From an uncultured Candidatus Babeliaceae bacterium (GTDB lineage: Bacteria > Babelota > Babeliae > Babelales > Babelaceae): a DNA stretch of 64,000 nt. The DNA lies in contig OY969927.1 in the NCBI GenBank assembly GCA_963704655.1, positions 96,001-160,000 on the forward strand. The letters are read 5' to 3'. The number at the start of each line of letters is the position of its first letter. Position 1 is the first letter of the stretch. The notes beneath the pieces were generated by a model. The model was not told the origin of the DNA and did not search any database. It was given only the letters and a program-made list of their open reading frames with translations. Positions 1-17,489 of the stretch are shown here, one piece after another. The position numbers and the translations under genes are program-made.

Positions 1-74
1 AAACGTGGCAAGAAAGCGTCTCTTTGCTTAATGCACTTGCCAAAGAATGCGCAGACGCAGGCGATGATACTAGT

Positions 75-998
75 TTAGTCAATTTTAAAATGAATCTCTT
101 GAGAGGCTAATGTGAAAGATTCATTCATATTTTCAGAATAGTTAGTTAACTTTAAAATGTGTGATATAAGTTCATCTGGTAAATGCTTCCTGAGTCCTAA
201 AATTGCAAATTTTGCACGGCTTCCAAACCAATAATACCATATTAACCAATCTGCAAGATCCTTCTGTTTATTTTTGCGTAAATACGTTATCGCGTCATTT
301 GCCGTATCAAGGTCAGATCCATAATCTATAAAGAGTTCAAAAAATTTTTTTCGGGGATTTTTTAACTGCCAATCCTCCCTATAGCTCACTCTCAGAAGAT
401 GTTGATTTCTATGCGTCATAAGTGCAGGATATAGTTTCAAAAGACTTTGCAGATATTCAAGGCTGTTCCATTGAGTAAGCGCTACGTCCAGTGCTGAAAT
501 CTGAATTTTTTTGCCTTCCGGTATTGGTTGTACTTCTTTAAAAACGGGCACGCCATTTTTTAATAATAAATAAAGTGATTTTTTATCTTTGCAACAAGAC
601 CATATATTTTCAAAATCTGTTTTTAATAAATGATCTTTATGCAAACCTTTTTCAAAATATAATTGTGCTAATGATAAGTCGTTATTGTAGAAAGCTCCCT
701 GAAATGCTCCGCGATGTAACGTCAACTTATCAGCATCTTTAAATTCGGAATTTGGGTCAGCGCCTGCAAGCAATGCACACGCTATTTTTGGTCGATTAAT
801 ACGGTAGTGGTTTGGAGTACCTCGTGATGACAAAGAATATTTTTTTAACCGGTTGTTTTTTATAGCTTGGGGCGCAATGCTAAGCATTCGGTAACGCCGG
901 CTATCTTTAAGATCACTATAATTTAATGGAGAATAAGAACCTTCAGTTGCATAGAGAGTTGGAAGAACTAATAATATGAAAATTAGATTTATATTCAT
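75..998 (-). CDS. Exported ankyrin-like protein with C-terminal F-box-like motif
   Basis: Signal-peptide-like N-terminus (MNINLIFILLVLPTLYA); ankyrin-like segments (LLAGADPN, LLLKNGV, FIDYGSD); C-terminal LPDELISHILKL. Alternative start 1013. Confidence 0.6.
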   Translation of the reverse strand: MNINLIFILLVLPTLYATEGSYSPLNYSDLKDSRRYRMLSIAPQAIKNNRLKKYSLSSRGTPNHYRINRPKIACALLAGADPNSEFKDADKLTLHRGAFQGAFYNNDLSLAQLYFEKGLHKDHLLKTDFENIWSCCKDKKSLYLLLKNGVPVFKEVQPIPEGKKIQISALDVALTQWNSLEYLQSLLKLYPALMTHRNQHLLRVSYREDWQLKNPRKKFFELFIDYGSDLDTANDAITYLRKNKQKDLADWLIWYYWFGSRAKFAILGLRKHLPDELISHILKLTNYSENMNESFTLASQEIHFKID

Positions 999-1018
999 AT
1001 AATATGTATTCATTAAAA

Positions 1019-1516
1019 TTAATATCTTCTTAATCGGTCATTTATAAGCATTGATTGGGTAAATCCCGTATTGATTTCGTCCAAGTATTCTTTTTGAACG
1101 CTTAATTGCTTACGTATATATAGAATTTTATTATGTAGTTCAGCAAGTTTTTTATAGAGCGTGTGGTGTTGCTGGTTAAATTTACGCAGCGCTTCAAGAT
1201 CATCATAGATCTGACTGAGATCAAATTTTAAGAGTCGAGCCATTCTTGCGATTGGTAAAGATCGATCACAACCATATAAAAAAAACTCTGACCATCTTAC
1301 ATCGCTCCGTACGCCAATTACGCGAAGCTCTTGCATAGCTTCTTGGCTCATGGGTTCAAAGCTTAATAACTTTGCATAGCGAGTATTCATGATGTCGTAT
1401 GTTTCTTGAGCATGAGCAAGTGCTTGGCTGGAAGAAGTGGCCCTTTTTGCACATGCAGACAAGAGCAATAGGACTATGAGGGCGATAGAATGGTGAAATG
1501 AGAATAGGTTTTTCAT
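1019..1516 (-). CDS. Putative lipoprotein
   Basis: Hydrophobic N-terminus ending in lipobox LSAC; helical body. Confidence 0.6.
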   Translation of the reverse strand: MKNLFSFHHSIALIVLLLLSACAKRATSSSQALAHAQETYDIMNTRYAKLLSFEPMSQEAMQELRVIGVRSDVRWSEFFLYGCDRSLPIARMARLLKFDLSQIYDDLEALRKFNQQHHTLYKKLAELHNKILYIRKQLSVQKEYLDEINTGFTQSMLINDRLRRY

Positions 1517-1692
1517 GAAGATTAACTTTATATTTTGACTATTTTATAGTATGTAATAACCTTATCGAAATGGCTAAAATTGTCAATTATGCTATAATAA
1601 TAGCGATAAATGATTGAAATATTAGGTTGAAATAATTTAAAAAAGCCTTAAACTGTATGTATTGAAAAAATAATGACATGCGAGTATAGTAA

Positions 1693-1778
1693 GGCGAGAT
1701 TCCCGAGCGGCCAAAGGGGACGGACTGTAAATCCGTTGGCATACGCCTTCGAAGGTTCGAATCCTTCTCTCGCCACCA
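1693..1778 (+). tRNA. tRNA-Tyr(GTA)
   Basis: Cloverleaf, anticodon loop CTGTAAA, long variable arm, GTTCGAATC, encoded CCA. Confidence 0.97.
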
Positions 1779-1885
1779 TCTTGCGCTTATCCAGGCCTAC
1801 CGGCTTGGCAAGCTTCAGATGGCAGGCCAGTTGAGGCGCCTTTAGTCCTGAGTGAGTCGAAGGGTTCAGATGGCAGGCCAGTCTA
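1775..1885. repeat. Dispersed REP-like element (family A) with internal 18-bp direct repeat TTCAGATGGCAGGCCAGT
   Basis: 1775-1831 matches the reverse complement of ~48144-48200 with about 4 mismatches; TTCAGATGGCAGGCCAGT occurs at 1814-1831 and 1865-1882. Confidence 0.8.
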
Positions 1886-1963
1886 ATTGGCGGGTTATGG
1901 CCAGAAAAGGGCGTAAGTACTATATAAGTTTGGGGTTGAGTAAAACAAGATTTTTGAAATTAT

Positions 1964-2039
1964 GCGGGAATAGCTCAATTGGTAGAGTGGCAGCCTTCCA
2001 AGCTGTAGGTTGCGGGTTCGAGTCCCGTTTCCCGCTCCA
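1964..2039 (+). tRNA. tRNA-Gly(TCC)
   Basis: Cloverleaf, anticodon loop CTTCCAA, CCA end. Confidence 0.97.
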
Positions 2040-2053
2040 GATAATCGTTTTGC

Positions 2054-2129
2054 GCTGGCGTAGCTCAGTTGGTAGAGCAGCTGATTTGTAATCAGCAGGT
2101 CGTCGGTTCAAATCCGACCGCCAGCTCCA
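2054..2129 (+). tRNA. tRNA-Thr(TGT)
   Basis: Cloverleaf, anticodon loop TTTGTAA, CCA end. Confidence 0.97.
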
Positions 2130-2213
2130 TACAATTTCATGCAATTTGAAGTTGTTTTTTGTTATTTTTTCGATTAATATTAATACATTAAGATCAAAAA
2201 GATAAAGACCTTT

Positions 2214-2290
2214 GCCCACGTAGCTCAGTTGGTTAGAGCACTTCCTTGGTAAGGGAGAGGTCACCGGTTCGAATCCGGTCGCGGGCTCCA
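2214..2290 (+). tRNA. tRNA-Thr(GGT)
   Basis: Cloverleaf, anticodon loop TTGGTAA, CCA end; one A:C mismatch in the acceptor stem. Confidence 0.95.
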
Positions 2291-2328
2291 AAGGCTTCTT
2301 ATAAGAGTTTTTAACTGCGCAGGTTGCC

Positions 2329-2487
2329 ATGGCAAAAGAGAATCGAATCGTTATTAAGCTTAAAAGCACGGAAAGTCCTCACGTTTACTGGACAACCAAA
2401 AATAAAAATAATACCACTGGTCGGTTAGAAATTAAAAAATTCGACCCGGTAGTTCGTAAGCATGTGGTATATAGAGAATCTAAGTAG
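2329..2487 (+). CDS. rpmG: 50S ribosomal protein L33 (52 aa, Cys-free type; not in ORF track)
   Basis: Manual translation [52 protein letters not shown]; canonical position before tRNA-Trp/secE. Confidence 0.95.
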   Translation: MAKENRIVIKLKSTESPHVYWTTKNKNNTTGRLEIKKFDPVVRKHVVYRESK

Positions 2488-2497
2488 AGTATCATGA

Positions 2498-2573
2498 AGG
2501 CCAGTAGCTCTAACGGCAGAGCGGCAGACTCCAAATCTGCGGGTTGGGGGTTCGAATCCCTCCTGGCCTGCCA
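2498..2573 (+). tRNA. tRNA-Trp(CCA)
   Basis: Cloverleaf, anticodon loop CTCCAAA, CCA end; lies between rpmG and secE. Confidence 0.97.
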
Positions 2574-2659
2574 CACTACTTCGTTTTTTGAACTTCGAAG
2601 TACAATGGCTTGATGACAGAATAGTTACTATTAGGTTGTGTAAGGTAAGAGGCAATAAA

Positions 2660-2851
2660 GTGAAAAATTTAACTAAGTTCTTAACTGACGTCCGTGTTGA
2701 GCTTTCTCGAGTAGAGTGGCCAACGTTCAACGATTTTGTTGGAGCAACAATTGTTGTTCTTTGTATTGTTGCAATTTTTGCGGTCTTTTTTGGAATAGTT
2801 GATAAAGGGCTTTCTACCGTTGCCCAGTATATTTTTTCTTTAGGTAAATAA
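2660..2851 (+). CDS. secE: Preprotein translocase SecE
   Basis: ELSRVEWP motif plus a single TM helix; GTG start; upstream of nusG. Confidence 0.93.
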   Translation: MKNLTKFLTDVRVELSRVEWPTFNDFVGATIVVLCIVAIFAVFFGIVDKGLSTVAQYIFSLGK

Positions 2852-2867
2852 TTTTTAGGTATAGTGC

Positions 2868-3389
2868 ATGAAACGTTGGTATGTTATTCAGATTTTTGCA
2901 GGGTATGAAGAGGCTATTAAAGCTGACCTTCAAAAACGCATTCAAGAAACTGGCATGCAAGACAAATTTGGTCAAGTCCTTATCCCTTCAGCCAAGATGA
3001 AGCAGTTTTTTGATGCTGCTGATGCGGTGAAGGATGAACAGCTTTTTCCGGGCTACATGCTTGTGGAAATGGAAGTACTTCCTGAAACAATCCGTTTAGT
3101 AACAACTGTTCCGCGCGTTACACGTTTTCTTGGTGGTAAAAATCCCATTGCGATTTCACAAAGAGAGATAGATCGGATTATCGCCCAGATGAAGGGTGAG
3201 GTTAAACTTTCTGTTGAACGTCATAATTTTGAAGTAAATAAAGAGGTTGAGATTTCTTCCGGTCCGTTTACGGGTTTTATGGGAGTTATCAATTCTATTG
3301 ATGAAGAGAATGAAAAGCTTTCGGTTATGGTAAGCATTTTTGGAAGAATGACACCAGTCGAATTGGGATTTGATCAAGTTAAACATTAA
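2868..3389 (+). CDS. nusG: Transcription antitermination factor NusG
   Basis: WYVIQ, LFPGYML, KOW motif GPFTGF, SIFGRMTPVEL. Confidence 0.97.
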   Translation: MKRWYVIQIFAGYEEAIKADLQKRIQETGMQDKFGQVLIPSAKMKQFFDAADAVKDEQLFPGYMLVEMEVLPETIRLVTTVPRVTRFLGGKNPIAISQREIDRIIAQMKGEVKLSVERHNFEVNKEVEISSGPFTGFMGVINSIDEENEKLSVMVSIFGRMTPVELGFDQVKH

Positions 3390-3420
3390 AAAGTAGGTTT
3401 CTACTGTTTGGATTAAAGCT

Positions 3421-3843
3421 ATGGCAAAAGAGATAAAAGCACAAGTAAAATTGCAGATCCCAGGTGGGGCTGCAACACCTGCGCCTCCAGTTGGTTCCGC
3501 ATTAGGACAACATGGCGTGAATATTATGGATTTTTGTAAGCAGTTCAATGCGAAGACTGCTGATAAAAAAGGCCAAACTATTCCGGTTATTATAACCATC
3601 TATAAAGATAAAAAATTTGATTTTACTATCAAAACGCCTCCAACATCAGAACTCATTAAAAAGAAGATTAATCTTGCAAAAGGCGCTTCTAAAACTGGTT
3701 CTGAAAAGGTAGGCAAAATATCTTGGAAAGATATTGAAGAAATAGCAAAGATCAAGATGCCTGACCTTAATGCTGTAGATATTGAACAAGCTAAAAAAAC
3801 AATAGCCGGTTCAGCTCGCAGCATGGGACTTGAAGTATTTTAG
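3421..3843 (+). CDS. rplK: 50S ribosomal protein L11
   Basis: [19 protein letters not shown]. Confidence 0.98.
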   Translation: MAKEIKAQVKLQIPGGAATPAPPVGSALGQHGVNIMDFCKQFNAKTADKKGQTIPVIITIYKDKKFDFTIKTPPTSELIKKKINLAKGASKTGSEKVGKISWKDIEEIAKIKMPDLNAVDIEQAKKTIAGSARSMGLEVF

Positions 3844-3866
3844 TTAGTCGTAAAGGAACGTGCAGT

Positions 3867-4556
3867 ATGACCCATCAAGGTAAAAAGTATACAAAAGCGC
3901 ACGAAGCACTGGGGCAAAAGAAAATCTTTTCTCTCCAGGAGGGTGTCGCCAAGCTCAGAGAGCTTGCATATGCCCGGTTTGATGAATCTGCTGATGTAAG
4001 TGTTAATCTTGGGATTGATGCTGCAAAAGGGGACCAAGCTGTTAGAGGTTCTGTCTTAATGCCGCATGGCAGTGGTAGAACTATCAAAATTTTGGTATTT
4101 GCAAAGGGACAATACGCGGATGAGGCTGAAAAAGCAGGCGCTGACTATGTTGGTGCTGAAGATCTCCTCGAACGTATTGAATCTGGTTGGCTTGACTTTA
4201 ATTATGCGATTGCAACACCTGACCTTATGGGGTTAGTGGGTAAAGTTGCACGTATTTTAGGTCCACGAGGTCTTCTTCCGAATAAAAAAACCGGAACGGT
4301 TACCTTTGACATTGCTTCGACGATCGCTGATTTGAAAAAAGGACGTTTGTTCTTTAAAAATGATAAAGCGGGGATAGTACATTTTTCTTTTGGTAAATTG
4401 TCTCAGGGCAATGAAAAGCTTGCAGATAATTTGAAAGCTTTTCTTAAAGTGCTTTCGACAAGTAAGCCAGCTGCATCAAAAGGAAAATTTATCCGCAAGA
4501 TAACGGTTTCCTCTACAATGGGGCCCGGCATTCCTGTACATGCTGAAGAATTATAA
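3867..4556 (+). CDS. rplA: 50S ribosomal protein L1
   Basis: LGPRGLLPN, SSTMGPG. Confidence 0.98.
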   Translation: MTHQGKKYTKAHEALGQKKIFSLQEGVAKLRELAYARFDESADVSVNLGIDAAKGDQAVRGSVLMPHGSGRTIKILVFAKGQYADEAEKAGADYVGAEDLLERIESGWLDFNYAIATPDLMGLVGKVARILGPRGLLPNKKTGTVTFDIASTIADLKKGRLFFKNDKAGIVHFSFGKLSQGNEKLADNLKAFLKVLSTSKPAASKGKFIRKITVSSTMGPGIPVHAEEL

Positions 4557-4584
4557 GTGCTAGGATTGAGGTAAAGGTATAACC

Positions 4585-5103
4585 ATGAATCGTCAAGAAA
4601 AAAGTTCGGCTATTGAAATACTCAAAAATGAGTTTCAAAGCAATGAAGCAGCCTTTATTGTGGGCATGCAAGGAATGACGGTTGCTCAAGTTGAATCACT
4701 TAGAAGAGGTGTTCGTACACAAGGTGGCAAATTTCAAGTTGCTAAAAACTCTTTATTGCGCTTAGCAACAAAAGATATTCCAAGTGTTCAGAAACTTTCA
4801 CCTTATTTTAAGGATCAAGTTGCCGTTATTTTTGTTTCTAAAGAAGCATCAAGTGTAGCTAAGCTCATTTGTAATGTTTCTGAAGAAAATGAGCATTTGA
4901 AAATTGTTGCAGGCTGTTATGAATCACGTGTGTTTGATCAAGATATGGTCAAATTCTTAGGTTCATTGCCTCCTAAAGATATCATGGTTGCACAACTATG
5001 TGGTCTTCTGAAAGCTCCAATTGCTCAACATGTAAGTGTGTTGAATCAAATTATAGCCCGGTTGTTGTATGTTTTAAAACAGGCATCCGAAAAGCAAAGT
5101 TAA
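4585..5103 (+). CDS. rplJ: 50S ribosomal protein L10
   Basis: GMTVAQVESLRR, VAKNSL; operon position. Confidence 0.95.
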   Translation: MNRQEKSSAIEILKNEFQSNEAAFIVGMQGMTVAQVESLRRGVRTQGGKFQVAKNSLLRLATKDIPSVQKLSPYFKDQVAVIFVSKEASSVAKLICNVSEENEHLKIVAGCYESRVFDQDMVKFLGSLPPKDIMVAQLCGLLKAPIAQHVSVLNQIIARLLYVLKQASEKQS

Positions 5104-5145
5104 TCGTCGTTTAAGGTATTATTTTTAGTATTTAGTGGAGACATT

Positions 5146-5529
5146 ATGTCAAAGTCTATGGAAAATCTCGTAAAAGAAATTAGTGGTTTAACTGTTCTTG
5201 AACTTGCAGAATTAACAAAAGCACTAGAAACAGCCTTTGGTGTTTCTGCTGCTATGCCTATGGCTGCTGCAGCTCCTGCTGCTGAAGCTTCTGCAGGTAA
5301 GAAAGAAGAAGAAAAAACTGAGTTCAAAGTTGAATTAGTTGATGCTGGCGCAAATAAAATAAACGTTATTAAAGCGTTACGTCAAGTGAAAAAAGATCTT
5401 GGTTTAACTGAAGCTAAAAAAATGGCAGAAGAAACTCCTTCTGTTATTGCTGAAGCAGCTTCTAAAGATGAAGCTAAAGTTATGAAAGAAACACTTGAAG
5501 CAGCTGGTGCTAAAGTTAAACTTTCATAA
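5146..5529 (+). CDS. rplL: 50S ribosomal protein L7/L12
   Basis: LTVLELAEL, Ala-rich hinge, EKTEF, LGLTEAK. Confidence 0.98.
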   Translation: MSKSMENLVKEISGLTVLELAELTKALETAFGVSAAMPMAAAAPAAEASAGKKEEEKTEFKVELVDAGANKINVIKALRQVKKDLGLTEAKKMAEETPSVIAEAASKDEAKVMKETLEAAGAKVKLS

Positions 5530-5612
5530 TTGCCTAAGTTAAATTACTTAGCTTTTATAATATAGCGTGTTGATGGTTGCATATAATTTTTTGTAGTACA
5601 AGGAGCAGCTTA

Positions 5613-14058
<8,446 letters not shown>

Positions 14059-14080
14059 AATGTATGAATAATATAAGGTT

Positions 14081-14155
14081 AGGCGCGTAGCTCAGTGGTA
14101 GAGCATTGCTTTGACGTAGCAAGGGTCAGCGGTTCAATCCCGCTCGCGCCTACCA
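14081..14155 (+). tRNA. tRNA-Val(GAC)
   Basis: Cloverleaf, anticodon stem TTGCT/AGCAA with loop TTGACGT, CCA end. Confidence 0.93.
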
Positions 14156-14184
14156 AACACAATTTGTGGAGACAAAGAGATATT

Positions 14185-14451
14185 ATGATTACCGTAGAAA
14201 GAAAAAACGAACTTGTTAAAACTTTTAGAATCCATGACACAGATTCAGGTTCTTTAGAATTACAAGTTGCGCAGTTAACAGAACGTATTAATGACTTAAA
14301 TAAGCACTTTGCTTTATTCCCAAAAGATAATCATTCCCGCACTGGGCTTATGAAACTTGTTGGTCGTCGTCGTACATTCTTGGCTTATTTGCAAAAATCT
14401 GATAATGATAAATATGTAGAGCTTATTGGAAAGCTTGGTATTAGAAAGTAG
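14185..14451 (+). CDS. rpsO: 30S ribosomal protein S15
   Basis: DSGSLELQVAQLT, KDNHSRTGLMKLVGRRR; start reset to ATG 14185 because the longer ORF overlaps the tRNA. Confidence 0.96.
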   Translation: MITVERKNELVKTFRIHDTDSGSLELQVAQLTERINDLNKHFALFPKDNHSRTGLMKLVGRRRTFLAYLQKSDNDKYVELIGKLGIRK

Positions 14452-14536
14452 TGAGTTTACTCACTAAAAGTGGGTTTTGCTCACCAATAATAAGCTCATA
14501 AAGCCGGTAAAATTAAACATAAAGTAAAGGTATTTG

Positions 14537-16621
14537 ATGGCTATGGAAAAAAAATTTAGCTTGCCAGAATTCGGTTATGAAGTAACATTTGGTAAATTTG
14601 CTGGTCAAGCAGACGGTGCAGCATGGTTACAGCAGGGTGGAACAATTGTTCTTTCAACGGTAGTGTCTGCTACAGCGTCAGAATTTCCGGGCTTTCTTCC
14701 TTTATCTGTTGATTATCGTGAATTATTTGCTGCCGCAGGTAAAATTCCAGGCGGTTATTTTAAGCGCGAAGGCAAATTCAGCGATAATGAAGTTTTAACA
14801 AGTCGCTTTATTGACCGCGCAATTCGCCCACTGTTCCCAGAAAATTACTTTAATACGGTTCAAGTTATGGCTACGGTTTACTCTGTAGACCGTGAACATG
14901 TGCCACAACCACTCGCGCTTCTTGCGACATCGTTGGCGCTTATGTCCTCTAAAGTTCCCTTTTTAGGGCCAGTTGGTATTGCCGAAGTTGCTTTAATCGA
15001 TGGTAAATGGGTTGCTTGCCCTACTTATTCCCAAAGTTTAACAACAACAACAAAAATTACTGTTGCTGGTGACTTTGAAGGTATTTGTATGGTTGAAGGA
15101 ACCGCAAATCACATCTCGGAAGCAGAGTTTTTAGATGCTCTTTTCCTTGCGCATGACGTTATTAAAAAACAAGTTGTTTGGCAGCAAGAGATTATTAAAG
15201 AAATCGGCCTTCCAAAAGAAGCCATTGTTGAAAAATTTGATATTTCTGCATGGCAAAAACGTGCATTTGATGCATTAACAGATGATCGCGTTAAAAGCAT
15301 GTTCACTCCAGACAAAGTTCTCCGTGGTGAAGTTCAAAAAGAACTAAAAGATCACTTTTTCAAAACCTTCGAAGCAGAGATTGCACTAGAAAAAGTTTCG
15401 ACCGTATTCTTAGGGTATATTTTTGATAAAGTATTAAGTGCAAAAATTACTGAACTCTGTTTTACAGAAAATAAACGTATCGATTCACGTGCTTTTGATC
15501 AAGTGCGTCAGATCACCAGCGAAATTGGTCTTCTGCCATATGTACATGGATCAGCCTTATTTACACGTGGACGCACGCAGGCATTAGTAACAGCTACGCT
15601 TGGCAGTGGACAAGATGAAGCTAAAATCGATCGCCTCATGGGTGATACGCTTGAAAGCGCATTCATGTTGCATTATAACTTCCCTCCATTTTCAGTTGGT
15701 GAAGCTCGTCAACAACGAGGTCCTGGTCGCCGAGAAATTGGTCACGGGTACCTTGCTGCTTCTGCGATTCAACAAGTTTTGCCTCCAAAAGAAGAATTTG
15801 CTTATACTATTAGACTTGTTGCTGACATGCTTGAATCTGATGGTTCAACCTCTATGGCAACTGTTTGTGGTTCTATTTTAGCTCTTATGGACGCTGGGGT
15901 TCCCATCAAGTCTATGGTGAGTGGTGTTGCTATGGGACTTTTGAGAAGTTCAAAAGGTGAATTTAGAGTACTAACCGATATTTCGGGTATTGAAGATGCT
16001 TTTGGGTTAATGGACTTTAAGGTTGCTGGTACAGAAAATGGTATTACAGCGATTCAGATGGATATTAAACACAAGGGTGGTCTTGAACGCTCAGTATTTG
16101 AGATGGCTCTTGCAGCAGCCCTTAAAGGACGTATGCATATTTTGGGTGAGATGAAGAAAACTATTACTTCTCCGCGTCCACAACTTTCTGCATTAGTTCC
16201 CCAAATGGTGAGCTTTAAGATCCCGACTGAAAAAATTGGTGCAGTTATCGGTTCTGGCGGTAAAGTTATTAAAGAGATTATTGCAAAAACTGGCGCTTCA
16301 ATTGATATTGGAGATGACGGTTTAGTTAAGATCTTTGGTAAGGTTGGCCCTGGATTAGATCAAGCTGTATCATGGGTTAAAGTTTTAGGTGGTCAAATTG
16401 AACGCGGTATGACGTTCCAAGGCACCGTAAAACGTGTTGCAGAATTTGGTCTTTTTGTCGAGGTTGCTCCTGGACTTGATGGCTTAGTACACGTATCAAC
16501 GGTTCCCCGTCAAGAACAAAATGAATTTGCAAAAAAATATCCAGTTGGTGCGCAAGCTTCTGTTGAAGTACTTGACTATGAACAAGAGACTGGTAGAATA
16601 CGCTTAAAAGTTATACAGTAA
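14537..16621 (+). CDS. pnp: Polyribonucleotide nucleotidyltransferase (PNPase)
   Basis: FLPLSVDY, GKIPGGYFKREG, RREIGHG, DFKVAGT, KH and S1 domains. Confidence 0.98.
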   Translation: MAMEKKFSLPEFGYEVTFGKFAGQADGAAWLQQGGTIVLSTVVSATASEFPGFLPLSVDYRELFAAAGKIPGGYFKREGKFSDNEVLTSRFIDRAIRPLFPENYFNTVQVMATVYSVDREHVPQPLALLATSLALMSSKVPFLGPVGIAEVALIDGKWVACPTYSQSLTTTTKITVAGDFEGICMVEGTANHISEAEFLDALFLAHDVIKKQVVWQQEIIKEIGLPKEAIVEKFDISAWQKRAFDALTDDRVKSMFTPDKVLRGEVQKELKDHFFKTFEAEIALEKVSTVFLGYIFDKVLSAKITELCFTENKRIDSRAFDQVRQITSEIGLLPYVHGSALFTRGRTQALVTATLGSGQDEAKIDRLMGDTLESAFMLHYNFPPFSVGEARQQRGPGRREIGHGYLAASAIQQVLPPKEEFAYTIRLVADMLESDGSTSMATVCGSILALMDAGVPIKSMVSGVAMGLLRSSKGEFRVLTDISGIEDAFGLMDFKVAGTENGITAIQMDIKHKGGLERSVFEMALAAALKGRMHILGEMKKTITSPRPQLSALVPQMVSFKIPTEKIGAVIGSGGKVIKEIIAKTGASIDIGDDGLVKIFGKVGPGLDQAVSWVKVLGGQIERGMTFQGTVKRVAEFGLFVEVAPGLDGLVHVSTVPRQEQNEFAKKYPVGAQASVEVLDYEQETGRIRLKVIQ

Positions 16622-16676
16622 GTGCATAACAGTATGCGTTATGTCGCAATGAGTATCTCATAAGAAAGTATATAAA

Positions 16677-17474
16677 ATGTTTAGTATGCATCGCGCCGGC
16701 AATCGGAATTTTGATCAGTTACGTCAACTTAATGTTACGTATGATATTTATCCTTACGCAGCCGGATCAACTCTTTTTGAGATGGGCAACACGAAAGTGT
16801 TATGTGCTGTAACCTTGCAAAATGGTGTACCGCACTTTTTGCGTGGAAGAAAATGTGGTTGGTTAACAGCTGAGTATTCATTACTTCCTGCTTCAACGCC
16901 GGTACGTACAGTGCGTGAGATAACTACCAATAAACGTAGTGGTAGAACTATAGAGATTTCACGTTTGATTGGTCGGTCATTGCGAGCTATTGCGGATCTT
17001 TCAGTGCTTGGTGAACAAACAATCTTTATCGATTGTGATGTCTTGCAAGCAGATGGTGGAACACGTACTGCGTGTATCACAGGTGCTTATTTAGCGCTTA
17101 AAGCTGCACAGACACGTTGGCAACAAAAAGGAATTATCATGCAGCCGTTCTTAAAAGACGAGCTTGCTGCAGTTTCTGTTGGTGTTGGCAATGGTTCATT
17201 AATTTTGGATATGGATTTTGCAGAAGACAGTTCAATCGATGTTGATTTTAACTTTGTTCTTACCCGTTCAAATAAAATTATCGAATTGCAAGGTTCTGCT
17301 GAACGTGCACCACTTTCTTGGGAAGATCATGAAAGTATTAATAAACTTGCGCTTAAAGGTTCTGCTGAGTTATTTGAATTTTATGATCAACATCCGTATG
17401 AGTTGCCCGTAAGCCAATTTTATGAAAAATATGTCAGCGCTACCCGTTTTTCAGATTTTAACTGCGATATATAA
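16677..17474 (+). CDS. rph: Ribonuclease PH
   Basis: GWLTAEYSLLP, GRTIEISRLIGRSLR, DCDVLQADGGTRTA. Confidence 0.97.
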   Translation: MFSMHRAGNRNFDQLRQLNVTYDIYPYAAGSTLFEMGNTKVLCAVTLQNGVPHFLRGRKCGWLTAEYSLLPASTPVRTVREITTNKRSGRTIEISRLIGRSLRAIADLSVLGEQTIFIDCDVLQADGGTRTACITGAYLALKAAQTRWQQKGIIMQPFLKDELAAVSVGVGNGSLILDMDFAEDSSIDVDFNFVLTRSNKIIELQGSAERAPLSWEDHESINKLALKGSAELFEFYDQHPYELPVSQFYEKYVSATRFSDFNCDI

Positions 17475-17489
17475 CAATAGGTTTGTATA

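Noticed and set aside
1-110. Possible 3' end of a plus-strand CDS (..TWQESVSLLNALAKEC..LLRG*)
   Set aside because: Too short to identify; its start lies outside the window.
1852-2730. ORFs 1852..2091, 1920..2369, 2385..2576 and 2425..2730
   Set aside because: Shadow ORFs over tRNA genes, rpmG and secE.
14095-14184. N-terminal extension of S15 in the ORF track
   Set aside because: It overlaps tRNA-Val; the real start is ATG 14185.
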